A stretch of DNA of 64,000 nt from the NCBI GenBank assembly GCA_002633005.1, contig NMRA01000009.1:30923-94922 (forward strand), in the 5' to 3' direction. Shown piece after piece: positions 26,201 through 41,200 of this stretch. The position numbers and the translations under genes were made by a program. Below the pieces are notes generated by a model. That model was not told where the DNA came from, did no database searches, and worked only from the letters and a program-made list of their open reading frames with translations. The stretch's first letter is position 1; each line of letters starts with the position of its first letter. This DNA comes from Phoronis australis. Its lineage: Eukaryota; Animalia; Phoronida.

Positions 26201-29200
26201 TTTGATGAGGCCTCTAAATTGAGCTACATCCACTTGGGCTCATAATTGGTGGAAGTGGTCAATGAAAACAAAACATGGGTAATTTAATTACTTGATATGT
26301 GATTTACGTTAACTTTCTGTGGTGAATTAAGATGCATCAATATTAAGATGCATCAATATTAAGACGCATCAATATTAAGATGCATCAATATTAAGATGCA
26401 TCAATATTAAGACGCATCAATATTAAAATGCATCAATATTAAGATGCATCAGAAATAATGTAAAATGACATATATTGTCAAAATATACCATCGAATCATC
26501 TGTAAAGTATGACACAAGAGATATCATTTGACTACCTTGAGCAAACCAGGCATATTTTTTTCTATGTCAGCCAAGTCATTAAGCTGATCAGCCAGAGGAT
26601 CAGTGACATCTATTGCAAGGATCTTCCAATCTGTTTCCCCCTCATCAATGAGTGCAACTGTGCACAGGGCTTTCACCTGGACTACATCACCCTGCGAGTG
26701 CACCTACATCATGGAAAGAAGGCACATTAAAGGTCAAAAGAGAAATTACATTTGTTACACTCATATTTTAGACATTTATTTTTAATTCCTTATGACTGCT
26801 GACCACAATCTGGCCGCAAGGGAGAAATCCATATGTGTCCAACATGTGCCTTACATGGTGATTGAAATAACACATAAACTACTTGTTCGTAGAGTTAAAA
26901 TGATTTTTCAGTGGGGAACATCATACTAATTCATTTGTAGAGTAAAATTTATGTTGACTGCTGATGACAGTCATTAAAATCCACTACATCATTAACTATG
27001 ACTGAGGTGTGTTCAGGTAACCAATTAGATCAACTTGAAATTCCACCATCTTGTGCAGGATTAGGCGAGCATCGAGACAACATATCTACAAGTTGTGACA
27101 AGGAGCAAGTTGTCAAGTTGTCACACAATGCATGTTCTACAGATGGCTCACAACCGTTTAGTTGATAATCACTTCCTAACTGACACTGATGCTGCCCTCA
27201 TGTGCTTGAACAAGTTGAAGTACCACAGGAGGGGGGGGGGAGTTAACAGTCCAGCTGGACTCGGGAGTCAATAGTGCAGCTGAACTCAGGACTCAACAGT
27301 CCAGCTAGAAACGGGAGTCAACAGTCCAGCTGGACTCGGGAGTCAACAGTCCAGCTGGAATCGGGAGTCAACAGTCAAGCTGGAATCGGGAGTTAACAGT
27401 CCAACTGGACTCAATTTGTGACATCATCAGTAATATCTTTTCATGTAAGCAAATATTGAGAGTAGCAATGCATAGTTTTCAACAATATTTGGAGATTACA
27501 ATTTTTGAAAAAGAATTCCTGACATTACCTTAAATAAATTCTGAAATTCCATGCACGCCAACCTTCAAACTCTACTAAAGTACAGCTGAGTATAACTCAC
27601 CTTTTGTCCAATTTCACACACATCAATAGGATCTCCATCCCCTTTACAACCAGTGTGACTGTCAATCAACGAAGGATTCTCCCACGTCTGGCAAAACACC
27701 AGAATATAGCAATAGAGATATGAAACAAATACGCATGAAATAGTATGTACTCCCTGCCTTATTGATCATGTCAAAAATGAATAATTCTAACTATTGTTTA
27801 GACTGGTTTATAGAATTGGTCAATTGGGGCCAAGTGGAATATGCAAACCTGCAGAGGTGTTTTTGCTTGCCAACATGTTACTTGGCAACAGCAATTTTAT
27901 ACAACAGCATTAACCTGGGAAACCAAAATAACAAAAGTTATTCATGCTTTCTGGCACACCTCAACCCATGTGCATTGGATTGATACGCACCTCAACCCAT
28001 GTGCATTGGATTGATATGCACCTCAACCCATGTGCATTGGATTGATATGCACCCCCATGTGCATTGGATTGACATGCACCCACCATGAGCATTGCAAATC
28101 GCAAAGGGTGTTCATTTTTACAAACATTTCTGTACACTAGAGTGAGAAATCCTATTGAAATTAAAATTGAGTGAACAGGTTGCAGTGCTAGTCATCCAGT
28201 CATTGACAAATGAAATTAAGGAGATCAATGAAACGAAAACTAAAATTACCACTAGGAGGTGCTGCAGCAGTCAGTGTTATAAAATAATCAGTTGTGCTCA
28301 CCTTTATAGCAACTTATCTGTCATGATTATTTTTCAAATGGTTGAGCTGATAGAGAGGCTGATACCATAAGTGAATACTAAACTAACAAAGTTGCCACTA
28401 GCAGGGCTTGGAATGACCCATGACAAAAAAGCGGAAATTTTTACGTTTTACAGCCCTAAACATACACGCACCCAGCCTTGAAAATGGGGGGCTCGAAATT
28501 TTGTTGATGTGGACCTTTTGCCAATAAAACATCAGGACTAAAAAAAAGGGACCACCACCAGAAGCGTGCATCTACGTCTGTTTAGCTTGTCCGTCCACTC
28601 CCACCTCCACACATTTTTGGCTGCAGAGTCGTAATATTTCTCACTGCGGTTTACAATCTCACGAGACGCCATTGAAGAAAACCACGCTATCCCAGGTGCC
28701 CCAGCAATGATGACAATTTACATTCCTCCGAAACATAAAGAGCAACTTCCGCTTTTTGAGGTGAAAGTGGTAGCAACGCTGCAGTAAGAAAGAAATTTGC
28801 CACGGAAATTTTATATCAAATCCGATTTTTTAACGTGGAAATATAATAAAATACGTGGACAGAACATTTGAAAAAGGCGTAAATCCGCGTTTCCGCGGAA
28901 AATTCCAACCCCTACACTAGGAGACACAGCACAATACCGAACTGTCCAAAAACAAAAAAAAGCTGTTCTCTCTTGGATCAAGAGTTTTCTTCCAAATTTT
29001 ATGAAGATCCTTCCTCACACTTGTCAGATTTTGACACAAATGCTAAACCCAAAACTACCAGTAGGTGACATGACAGCACTCAAAACTGCCCAAAATATTC
29101 AATGTCAGCTACGTTTTGACCTACGGAAGCCCATTTGCCAAATTGCATAACAAAAGATAGCAATCTAATTTCACAAGCATCCTTCACGAAACATTGTAAA

Positions 29201-32200
29201 TTTGAGGCACGCACAAAAAATAAAACTGCCACTAGGGAGCAAAGCAGTATTAGGATACATCCGAAAATCAGTCAGTTATGCTTATCGTATTCGCCCTAAT
29301 AAGTGCCCATGCCCCTATAAGCGCCCCCCACGCGTTTCCATACTTTGCTAAAATAAGCGCCCAGTCCATGAACGTCGTGTACATGCGAAAAATGACTTAC
29401 CTACAGTTCTTAAATTCTACAGTAACGTCTTTAATTTATCAATAAGAACAGACAGTCCTGAAAAAATCATTGTGCGCGGAATTTATAGACCACGAGCCTC
29501 ACCCCTATGTCGGTATTTAGCCATGACTAGACACTTCAAACTTCCGCCGTGCTTCAAAAAGAATGCAAGCGCGAATCAAATACTAAATAAAACTTGACCT
29601 TTGTTCAGTTAAAAGTACGTGGCCAGGAAGCGTGCGCTACAAGTACCTGTCATTGAAGATTAGTCTTCGGGATCTACTCATGAAACGGGTAGCATAGCAT
29701 CGGCAAGAAATAAATACTGGCACTTATTTCCGAAAGTTTTTAATACTGTAAAAAACGTTTGCGTTATTTTTAAGGGGGAATTAGTAAATTAGTCCTAATT
29801 AGTGTTTTTAAAGCTAAAATGACCTACTATAGCTAACACTTCTGCACCCATACACCCCCCGAATCTCCCGAAAAATAACTGTTAGACTGTCCCACATCCA
29901 GTCACCTATCGACTCAATGACATCGGCCTTACCGAGACAATTTTCGAACGTTTTTAGCAGATGAGATTGACAAGTGCTAAATAAAACACGTTCTGCTTGT
30001 GTTAATTTCTTTAGTTATGAACACCTAGATCATTACATCGCATTTACTCTGGCAAATGAACTCTCATTGGATGACACGCATGCACTCGCTCACTCACACA
30101 ATACGCAGAAGAACTTCAAAACAAACATCACATGACAACAACATGTGTGTTCGTTAAGAGATTTTTCTCGTGTTCCGGAGTATGATCTACAGCAGATTTG
30201 GACTTGACATGCTGTTCATCAAGACTCCACAGGAACATAAAAATCTTAGGGACGCTATTTTGAAAACTTAAGGACTTCAGGAAATTTGTTGAATCAAAAC
30301 TATATTTTTACTCAAGAATTCAAGTTGACCTATCGGCTATCGCGAGGCAGTGATGCGTCAGTTGGCGAGTTTTCGCACTTTGATTTTCTGAAAAATGCTC
30401 GTAATTTAACAACAAAGTTTGATAGCAATGCACTGCAATTTTGTAGAAACTCTGTCAAAGGTTACAGATCAGTCACAGAGTGTAAATTTGATGAATTCTA
30501 GCTTACGATTTCTCCTGTTACGGAGACTGGGTTTTAACCACTTTTGGTGGTCTATAATAAGTGACCCCTTTCCTGAAGTGAATTTTTAAGCGCCAAGGGC
30601 GCCTATTAGGGCGAATACGGTACCAATGGGCACTGTCCCTTAATTTCATGATAGCCCATTTGGAATACAGAGAGGAGGACACAAAAGACACAAGCATATC
30701 AAAATTGCCACTAGGGGATGCACAACACAAGGAAGCAGTCCAAAAATTGTCGCTCCGTGATATAGAGCCATCGGAACCTTTAGCAGATATAAAAGCAAAG
30801 AAAAACCTGAGAATAGGTGAGACAGCATCAACTAAATTTTTCGGAGTTGACGTCAACCGTCACTACGTTCACTGCAACACCTGCGAAATGTCACAAAGAT
30901 CCTGCAAGAGGTTTAGGAGACGCAGCTGCAGACAACAACACAGCTGCAGACACCAACACAGAACGCCAGACTGGAGCGACAGCTATTTGTACCTACATAT
31001 GAATGCAACAAAGTAACGTAATGCTTAGGAGACTTATCATGAAGAAACTAGTCCCTGTTTGTAACTAACCTGAAGCTTCGGCCACTTATTATGAAGAAAC
31101 TAGTCTCTACTTGTAACTTGTTCAACTAAGATTGTTAAAGAGAGAAACAGTCAGTTCATTATTGCTGGAGATCCCTACAGTTTATTTCATGCCCCGAGCA
31201 CAGTTTCAAGTCATAACTAGCAGTCAGTTTTCCCCCATGCCCAGGAATCGCATCTGTTCTACATAAATAATTTGAAGCCAATTTTGTGAGTGTAGGTAAT
31301 TCAAAGAAAAAAAAATTAGAAGAAAGCCTGTTTCTAGCACATTTAACATGCGTTCTTGTCCAAGCACAAACCTGTGGCAAGAAGCCATAGTTCCAGATGT
31401 AACCATGATGTGGGAAGCAGTTCTTCACGTATCGAAGTTTACCCTTTTTCACATCTTGTTTGATTGGGCTCATAGGTTCTTTAGTAGCGATCTGAAAATG
31501 TGAAAGTAGTCTCATTCACCAAAGTCGCAGAAGCATCTCATCTGACAATGATAGAGAAGAGGCCACTTGACATTAGAAGGCGATACATGACAAAGATTGT
31601 AGAGTAACATGCACATCTACTTTGTGTCTAAAGGGCCTTTCATACCTGCATTGATGTTTTGGCCAACGATGATTTTATTGGGTCAGTATTATTCCGCAAG
31701 TTACTTCACAGTAAACAGATAGACTGAAAAGAAGGTTAACAATTCAAAAGATTAACTTTATTGGCATAGGAGTTATTGGCAAGTGTCAGTATGAAAACCA
31801 ACATCTGTTGAGGTATTTTTTAGATATTTTATTACAATATTCACCATTCTACCACTCTAAATATTTACCATTCTACCACAATAAACACTTTCAAACATAA
31901 AAGAAGATACTTCATACTAAAAAATTTACACCTGCAATAATTTTCGTGGCTGACTATGGAAGCATAAACTGAAGCCAGTCTAAATGGTTAAACTAAGTTT
32001 GGAGTTTACATAGACACAACCCTAGTCCTGGAGTTAAGCGTAATATGAAAAGGACCAAACAGCCAGTTGTGCAGTCTTCAAACATGTATAACAACACATA
32101 CACAAGTCTGTTTACCTTATAGCTGTATGACATTCTTTTGTTGCACGACTACACACAATGCATATTTGAACTAAGTAAATGGTTGTTCCCACCTTTTTCT

Positions 32201-35200
32201 ATCTCTACTTCTCTCAAACAACAAACCAAGTACCACTGCACCTCAAGAACAAGGTCAGTGCACAAGGACAAACAGAGTTAACTCAATCTGGCTCAGTGTT
32301 ACACAAGTCAGAACACCGCTACTCCAGAACAGTTAAACTTTTACTATTTTAGCCTCATTTATGTTTTTGTGCACATTCAAATTGAAATCTTATTTTCTTG
32401 TGTTTTAATTGAATGTTAATATTTCCAAATCATTCCACCATCTAGATTTGTGGTTTAAACTGCAGATGCTATACATACAACAAAATTAAAGTTAAATAAA
32501 ACTGTTTGCATTGTAGTTCACTTTGAATGCTAAATAACTTGTCTCAAGTTGAATTATTTTGGCTTTCCCACCTATTCATGAATACAGAGCTCACAGAAAG
32601 ATCTTTCACATTTTTATCAGTTCTTCCACACTCGGCTGAGAGCTCTCCTTAGTATTCTTACAAACAATCAAACCTTGAATCCCCAAAACATCACAGATTC
32701 AACTCAAAATTTTAAAAGATTACCATGACATCAAACCACAAAGATCATAGCCTACTTGTCAATATTCCTATTACAAAACTATCATGCCAATACATTGCTA
32801 CTGTATATTCAGATCAGGATTAAACACATTTCATTTAAGAGAATGGTTTGTTGAATTTCCAGTAAATCAAAGCTTGTCTACAAACAGGAAAAGGTCGAAA
32901 ATCATCACCGAAATATATCAAGTTAAAAACCAATATACAGGTAATTTATTCACCCAGCAGCCATTAGGACACTGTGGTGTCCAGTCTTATTTCAACTTTT
33001 CCAGATGAGCAACTTTTGAATAATAATAGTACTATGCTCCAGTGAGTGAAACATGAGGTGGTTTTATATTCATGTGGAAAACTACAAACAGTATACACTT
33101 AACTGTTTACTTATTGTCTGTGTGTGGTTCAGTTGCATCTTGGTCTATTTTTCATACACGATATCAAAATTACTCTGGAAAATAGTACATCAAAATTGAT
33201 TTTCAGGAATGCATATTTAGCCATTGACAACTCAGAGATGAAAATGGGTTGAAACTTGGAAATAATTCAATCTTGCATTCACTCATAGAAAGAGAAATTT
33301 TACCCAGTTCTACAGTTACTGTTCTTCACAGCTGAAAATTTAACTTGATTCAGAACTGGAATTAACCCACTCACACATGTTTAAAAGTCTGTGTCATACT
33401 GAGAAGGGCGATTGTACATGAAGCCTCCAGATCCCTACCTTGAACCGTATCACATTCTAATAAATGTCCTTGTATGGCTCACATTTGTCTTTCACTGATA
33501 AATTCGAGCTAACTGCATTGTTTTTAATCTTGTCTCGGGGCAAAATCCAAACTGGTTAACTTGGTGAGTCAATACAGAAGACTGGCTTATGCCACATACG
33601 GGCCATGGTATACTCCTACATATTTCATGGTATACTCCTACATATTTCATGGTATACTCCTACATATTTCATGGTAACTAGATGGTCGTAACCTGTGTGT
33701 CCACGTCCTGCTTTAACCTGTTGCCCCAACCTGTTCGACAGTACTTGCAACACATCTGACACGTACAAGTTTCTATGGTCTTCCGAGACACCTTTAGATT
33801 TTCAGTTGTGAACTCTAGGCGCTGCTAATAGATTGAAAATGTGACCAGTTTATAGGTTGTCATCGGTTGGCCACAGTTTACATGGGGCAACAAGACATGT
33901 AAATTACTACAGCTCTAGGTACATTTGCACTATATACATGGAATGTGTTACACTGTGCATAAACAATAGTTATGTTTCTATGAGAAAGAATACAGGAAGA
34001 AGGCCATTGGTATTGTAAGTGAGCAAGCGGAGAGGGCGTCACAGTGGATATGGAAGAAGAGGAATGAACAGTGGTGCAAGAAGTCTGGAGGAAGTGGGAA
34101 GGCTTGTGATGCTGCCTCACTGAAGTTATAGGAGAGATGATATGAGCCATACAGTCCTGGACCGGTAGAGAGACGATACCAGGCACATAGTCCTGGGCCG
34201 GTAGGTGAGACGATACGAGCCATATAGTCCTGGACCGAGCCTGATCAACTCGGTTGGCGTACCTCCAGAGGTCGTGGTGGACAGGGCTGAGGACGGAGAC
34301 TATCCACCTGAAGACAGGACTGGTGCCAAAGACATCAGAGCATTTAAAGGTAATAGAATACAATATACTAGCTCCTTCAACCTCTTTAAGAACTACTCCA
34401 ATCAATGAACTGCTGTCTCATAACAAAATCAGGAACACCTTACCAAGTAGAACTATTGATTAATGCACATATATACTAAATGTACATAATTAGCTGCATT
34501 CATATTTGGATACCTGTAATTGTAAACTGAATTTATCGACTTTACTTGCTGCATGATAAATATGAGAGGTTTATAGAGTGGCTCACAAAACTGTTATCAG
34601 CAAAACACCATGATAACAACACCCCTGTTGAAAAAAACGAAGATTAATTTAAAACCAATCCATGGTTGGACTTTTATCACCTTACCAGCGATAAAAACCA
34701 ATCAAATATTAGTCCAATCAACATCAAAAAGACAAAGTTTATAAAAATGCTTTCCTCACTTAATTTCATGAAAGCATAAGCTAAGTGACAACTACATGTA
34801 ATGACTTGAAAAGAAGTGATGGTAAACCATCTATTCTCCCACACCCTATGCCAGATAACAAAATGTCCGCCTACTCAGTTGAGGTAAAATAGCTAATTAA
34901 CTGTACATTAAAGACAGCAGATGCTGACCAGGTGAGACAGAGAGCCTGCACACCTGGAAGCAGACACCCTCATTATCTGGTGGGGTACAAACCCTCATGA
35001 CCAGGTGAGACAGGCCTAATCACTACACTATTCATACACACATACATGTATACAAACACCCTGCATGCAGCCTACACCAACACTTGCAAAGATAATCAAA
35101 GAATTTTTTAGTAACTAGGTCAAGTATACATAGTTGCAACTGTACCTCCATCTTTGCATTCGTCCAGCGCGGCACTTCTACTACCATGTTATACACTTTC

Positions 35201-38200
35201 TTGTCGTCATTCTGGGCCAACAGTGGGATATCATGGAAGGGTGATACTACTGAACCATTACGAGCTGGAATACAGCAGAGATACACAATCACTTTCACAA
35301 ACACGTGTGAATTACAATCAAATATATAGCTAAAGTACAGCATTCTCGGTATCAAGAAACTTTCTTCATAAAGCAACATTATCCTTTGTTTGATGTCATT
35401 GTTCAACTGCATCATGAGACAAATATCGACCTAAAACATGCAGCGACATCACGGAAAGCATGCAGCGACATCACGGAAAGCATGCAGCGACATCACAGGA
35501 AACATGCAGCCACATCACAGAAAACATGCAGCGACATCACAGAAAACATGCAGCGACATCACAGGAAACATGCAGCGACATCACAGNNNNNNNNNNNNNN
35601 NNNNNNNNNNNNNNNNNNNNNNNNNNNNNNNNNNNNNNNNNNNNNNNNNNNNNNNNNNNNNNNNNNNNNNNNNNNNNNNNNNNNNNNNNNNNNNNNNGCG
35701 ACATCACAGAAAACATGAAGCGACATCACAGAAAACATGCAGCGACATCACAGAAAACATGAAGCGACATCACAGAAAACATGAAGCGACATCACAGAAA
35801 GCATGCAGTGACATCACAGAAAATATGCAGCGAAATCACAGAAAACTTGATTGTCACCATCATATTAGAAAGTAGGGGTCCGCTACAACAAGCTTTTTAG
35901 TGAGAATATGACTAAATGAAGTGAGCCACAAATGCATATAAACAGCAAATATTTTGGGACAGATTCCCCATGCTAAGTTAAATTTCACCACCTAAAACAC
36001 TACAAGTAGACATGCATTTTGTCACGAATTCTCATGAAGTTAATTAAGTGCAAATTTCATCATTTCCTATGACGTACAACTATCCCAACAAAACAGTTTA
36101 TGTTATATAACAATTTCGGACATCTTGTGTTGTTGTTTACTATTTCGATGACCATTGCCCACTCATATTGAAACCCTATATGCCAAACAGCTGTCCAGAC
36201 TCCATTCATGTTTATGAGTTGGATGAAATCACGGGAACTCTCAATATTGTTGTTTTGCACTCACAACCCACACATATTTCTCTTCACTATATATATTGTA
36301 GCCAGAGTTAATAAACTTTGTGTGTCAGTAGAAACTCAACGACTGTGTTAGATTTTATGCTGCTCTCCATCGACTTGCTGTTGCTACCTTGTTAGCCAAC
36401 TATCTACCGTTCAACCAAGAACCGGGTAACCCCCCAACTATACTACCACGACCATCCCCACACTAGTGGAATCTGTGTCTCCACATTGCCGATATTTCCA
36501 TCACATTTCAGAGACATGAGAAACGCAAGATTACCATGACTTTGCAAGATATTGTCATGCATTACTAGCAGAGCATGTTCACCCTGATTTATACACAAGT
36601 TTTCAGTAATGTTAGCACATGTTTACAAGCCGACAATTGTCCCAATATGCACTTGAAAAACAACCGTCATTGTCGCTAATGATAAAGCTGATTTTACAAA
36701 ATCTTCCAATTGAAAATAGCTATGCATCAAAATCCCTGACATCACGTGATACCCATAATGCTTCAGCCGGTGAAACGCACACTTTAACTTGTACTGTACT
36801 AATTCTTCAAGGAACCAACTTTCACTTTTTTCACAAGCATAAAAATCAAATTCAAGTAAAAAACGAGAACATTTAATGATTTGGATAGTTGTGTTTTGCA
36901 AACTTAGATTACTATAATATGGCAAGAGTACATAATATGTGTAGATATATACCGGTTTGACAGAGCCTGTCAGAACTACATCACTACTTTACACTTTGGC
37001 CACTTGGGATACAATAGGTCGTACAATATCTATCTGGACAAGAGCATTTGGTAGATTAACATCTACCTTGCAAAGGTCAATCACATGCAGGTTGGTAGGA
37101 GGATGAAATTTGCAGCTATGTTCAAACTCAGTATCACCCCAAAATTGCAACCACCCTCGCCTCCAAGCCATCGCTTGGGACTCAGTCATTTGGGGACACA
37201 TTCCCTTATCTCCCATACAGCCTTGAGATATAACACAATAACAGCATGACCTACGCAGTATCAAATACCATTTGTCATGTGCTTTCTGAAACAATGCTCA
37301 AACAGAAGGGTACAATGATGGACCCAATGAGGTTCAAGTCCCACATCAAGCTTGTCAGTTGAGAGAAGAGAGATACAAAAGTAATACCTATAGATTACTT
37401 TTAAGTGACTAATTGTCACTGAGTAGAAGTGCCAAACAGTGATGGTTTGACACAGTTTGATCTTATTTTCAAAAACCAACACATAACATAAATTTGTAAT
37501 GGTTATTCATTAAACCCATTAAACAGAACATATTCACCTATAAATAAAAATAATCTTAGATGCTGCAATTTTTACAGTCAAATACATGCCTTACAGTCGA
37601 GTGATATTATTCACAATTACAGTCAAATACATGCCTTACAGTCGAGTGATATTATTCACAATTACAGTCAAATACATGCCTTACAGTCGAGTGATATTAT
37701 TCACAATTAAAATAGTGGCACAAACAAGTATTTAAAACAATAGAGTATGTAGGGTCACTGAAGGAAATAGGCATAAAGCACATAAACAGTGGGTGGGATA
37801 TTGATGACCAGCCAGTTCAATGGATATTTAAACAGGTTAACAAAGTGCACACTGAGAAATGTCAGGTCATAATGAAAAACAAATTATTTGTAGAACGTTT
37901 TAAGTGTGACAAGTTCAAGAAAAAGGCAGTACTTTATCAAAGCGTTCTCATTAACAACATTTGGCAAAATCGAATAAAAATTTAAAGGTGAGGTCGACAA
38001 CAAAACCAAAAACATGAGCAAGCACAACTCAACGACTGTTACAACAGAATGAATAATTGACCTGTCTGTCATTTCACCTCAAGAGATACACAGGCCCTCC
38101 ACTGGGTCAAGTAGAGTTCTAGACAAGTAGGCTTATACATTGTGTTTAGATGAGAGACCCAGGTTTACTGTGGCCTTACTGATTACTATGTGTCTATTTT

Positions 38201-41200
38201 GTGAATACTGAAACATCCTACATCAGCTGGCATACAAAAACACTTCTAACCAGCTATGGAACAATCATGGGAAAGTTGCGCATACTTAAGCCTTTTTCTC
38301 TCATTGGACTCTACTATTCGGGATTCCCATGGTACTGTAAGTTCTACAGTGATGACCGTCTTTGTACCATTTGACCATAACACCAGGACAGGCCAGAGTG
38401 TCGTCATCACTATGTGGCTTGGGAATACAGCCAATGGCCCTACATCCACAATCATCTTCCAATCACAAGCTGCAGTCAATAGACCTCGATCTTTCCTCTT
38501 CCAGATGCACCTTCTGTGCAAACCAATATCAGCGGGATGTCAGTGTTGCTAATTGACTTCCTTCTTTCTTGGTCCAAAATATGAGCAATCTCCTTGAGTA
38601 TCTTATCATGTCTCCACTTGTATTTGCCTTCTTCCAAAGCCGACTTACAGGATGACAAAACGTGCTGTAAAGTGCAGCGCTCCCAACCACTGCCGCAAGA
38701 ATCGTCTTCAATCTTTCCCCACAACTTTAGGTTTGTCGAACTAGTGGGTACATCATATGCCGAATGCAGGAGAAAACTTAATCAGTACTGATCACTGTTG
38801 GCTGTAATGCGCGTACTGTGAACTCCTTCCCACACCATCCTGATGCCTTGCTTTCTCAAGCTCACAGCTCGAGAGAAGAGCGTCTCCTTTTCCTGGTGAT
38901 GCAATTTGTCTAACACCATATAACGACAATCTTTCCCTCTAGTTGCTTTCCGCCTCTTAAACGGTCTCATGCCAAGGCCTTCACACCCTCGGGAAACTGC
39001 CCCTACCAAATCTGATATCTTCATTTTTAGAGTCCCACAAAGTCAGTAAAGTCCTGCACTTAACGACTTTAAACTCTTCCACAATAGATCGTGTTGGTAG
39101 GTTTACTGCTGAAGACTTCATGTACAGGCCCAATGAGTTTTAGTTTGGGGGGCTCAGACCCGATTTCAAGCGTATGGTTCAGACAACCGGTGCAATCGTA
39201 ACAGTAACTATGGCTAAGTAATATCGCTCCCACTCGATATGCACGTGATATCCCAAGTGGCTGGCAGTAGTGCTGCGCACTACCACTCTGTTACTGTCAC
39301 CTGCTCCACTGTGCCATAAAGAAAAGTGAAGTAACGGAAGCTGAGTGACGATGAAGAAACAGTAACTACTAGTAAGAGGTAAATTTTAATCGAAGCCTTC
39401 ATGAATTACTCACATTAAAATTAAGACGATTTGCAAAGCAAGCGCATGGTTAATGCCAACACCAAAAATGAATTTGGTCTTTTGGGTAACTTAAGACCGT
39501 TTTAAACACAGCAACTTTTGCTACAAACTGGTTGCACAAGCGTGTAATAAACACCATGGAAAGAAGCAGGTTCGTGCGCAAACGCTGTGGACCATAAACA
39601 AGTGCCGGTATGACTCTTAGCATTGGATTTTAGTTGGAAGCGTGGTGGCGCAATGGAAGAGAATGTGCGCTATGACTACTAGGTTGTGAGTTAAGAGTCC
39701 TCACAATTTTAATAATTTTCCATTTTTACACATATTCTCAGTGTTCTTTTTTTATTACACTGTAGAAATTACGGAAAATGCTTGTTTTTAGAGCCAAAAA
39801 CAAAATTTTCCCCTGGAAATACTTGCCTCCCAAAACGTCACTTCCGGAGTAGACGACGAGTAATTAATTAAAGTACGAAAAGCAGTAAATAAGTGAAAAA
39901 TATGTCTGGGATAATCAAAGAACCTTATTTTTGCTAAAAATGACATGAGAAAAGGTTGCCTTCGCCTTTAAGGTCCTTGACTCATGGTCTAGGCTCACCA
40001 TCAAGCGTGCTGTCTCAGGTCTGAGGGTCCGTGAAGTGCTTCATCGGTATATCATCCTTTTGCCGACTACCCCAATTGTCGAAATAGCCGAGTTTGCCCG
40101 ACCTCGGGAATCGAACCAGCGACCCCGATATAACTGGCGAGCGTGCTAACCATTCATATAATACTGATAATTAATAGGCAATTGAACGTTAGCATGTAAT
40201 ATAATTCAACAGAAGCATGTCTACAACACTATGTCTGCAACACTACGTCTACAACACAACATAACACTACGTTTAAGTTTACCGCTTAATGAACTCTACT
40301 ATGTAAAACAGCATNTAACAGTCACATCTGTAACGCACGTGGTTTTTTTAAATTGCTCATAATTATACAAAGACTTGATTTTAGTTCAAAAACCTTTTCT
40401 TCATGTTATAGCCAAATAAATAGTTAAATTATCTATAGGGAAACTAGTTCCATAATATGAAAGACAGAACAGAGTTTTTAGACAAACCACCATTAGCATA
40501 TTAACCATGGCATTTTCGGTCACATCTGTAACACTAATTAAAAGTAAATTTTAGTACACTTATAATGTGCAGAATTAAAAACTTTTGATACCTGAAGTGC
40601 TTCCATCAAGTGTGTAATGTGTACTTAAAATTTCATACTACTGTGATGTTTCACTAATTTTATATTGGAATTTAAAGTGTCTGAATGTCACATCTGTAAC
40701 AAAACGAATACTGTGGAATACACCTACAACAGAATGAATAATTGACTTGTCTGTCATTTCACCTCAAGAGATACACAGGCCCTCCACTGGGTCAAGTAGA
40801 GTTCTAGACAAGTAGGCTTATACATTGTGTTTAGATGAGAGACCCAGGTTTACTGTGGCCTTACTGATTACTATGTGTCTATTTTGTGAATATTGAAACA
40901 TCCTACATCAGCATAAAAACACACTTCTAACCAGCTACGGAACAATCATGGGAAAGTTGCGCATACTTAAGCCTTTTTCTCTCATTGGACTCTACTACGA
41001 CCTCGGGAATCGAACCAGCGACCCCGATATAACTGGCGAGCGTGCTAACCATTCATATAATACTGATAATAGGCAATTGAACGTTAGCATGTAATATAAT
41101 TCAACAGAAGCATGTCTACAACACTATGTCTGCAACACTACGTCTACAACACAACATAACACTACGTTTAAGTTTACCGCTTGATGAACTCTACTATGTA

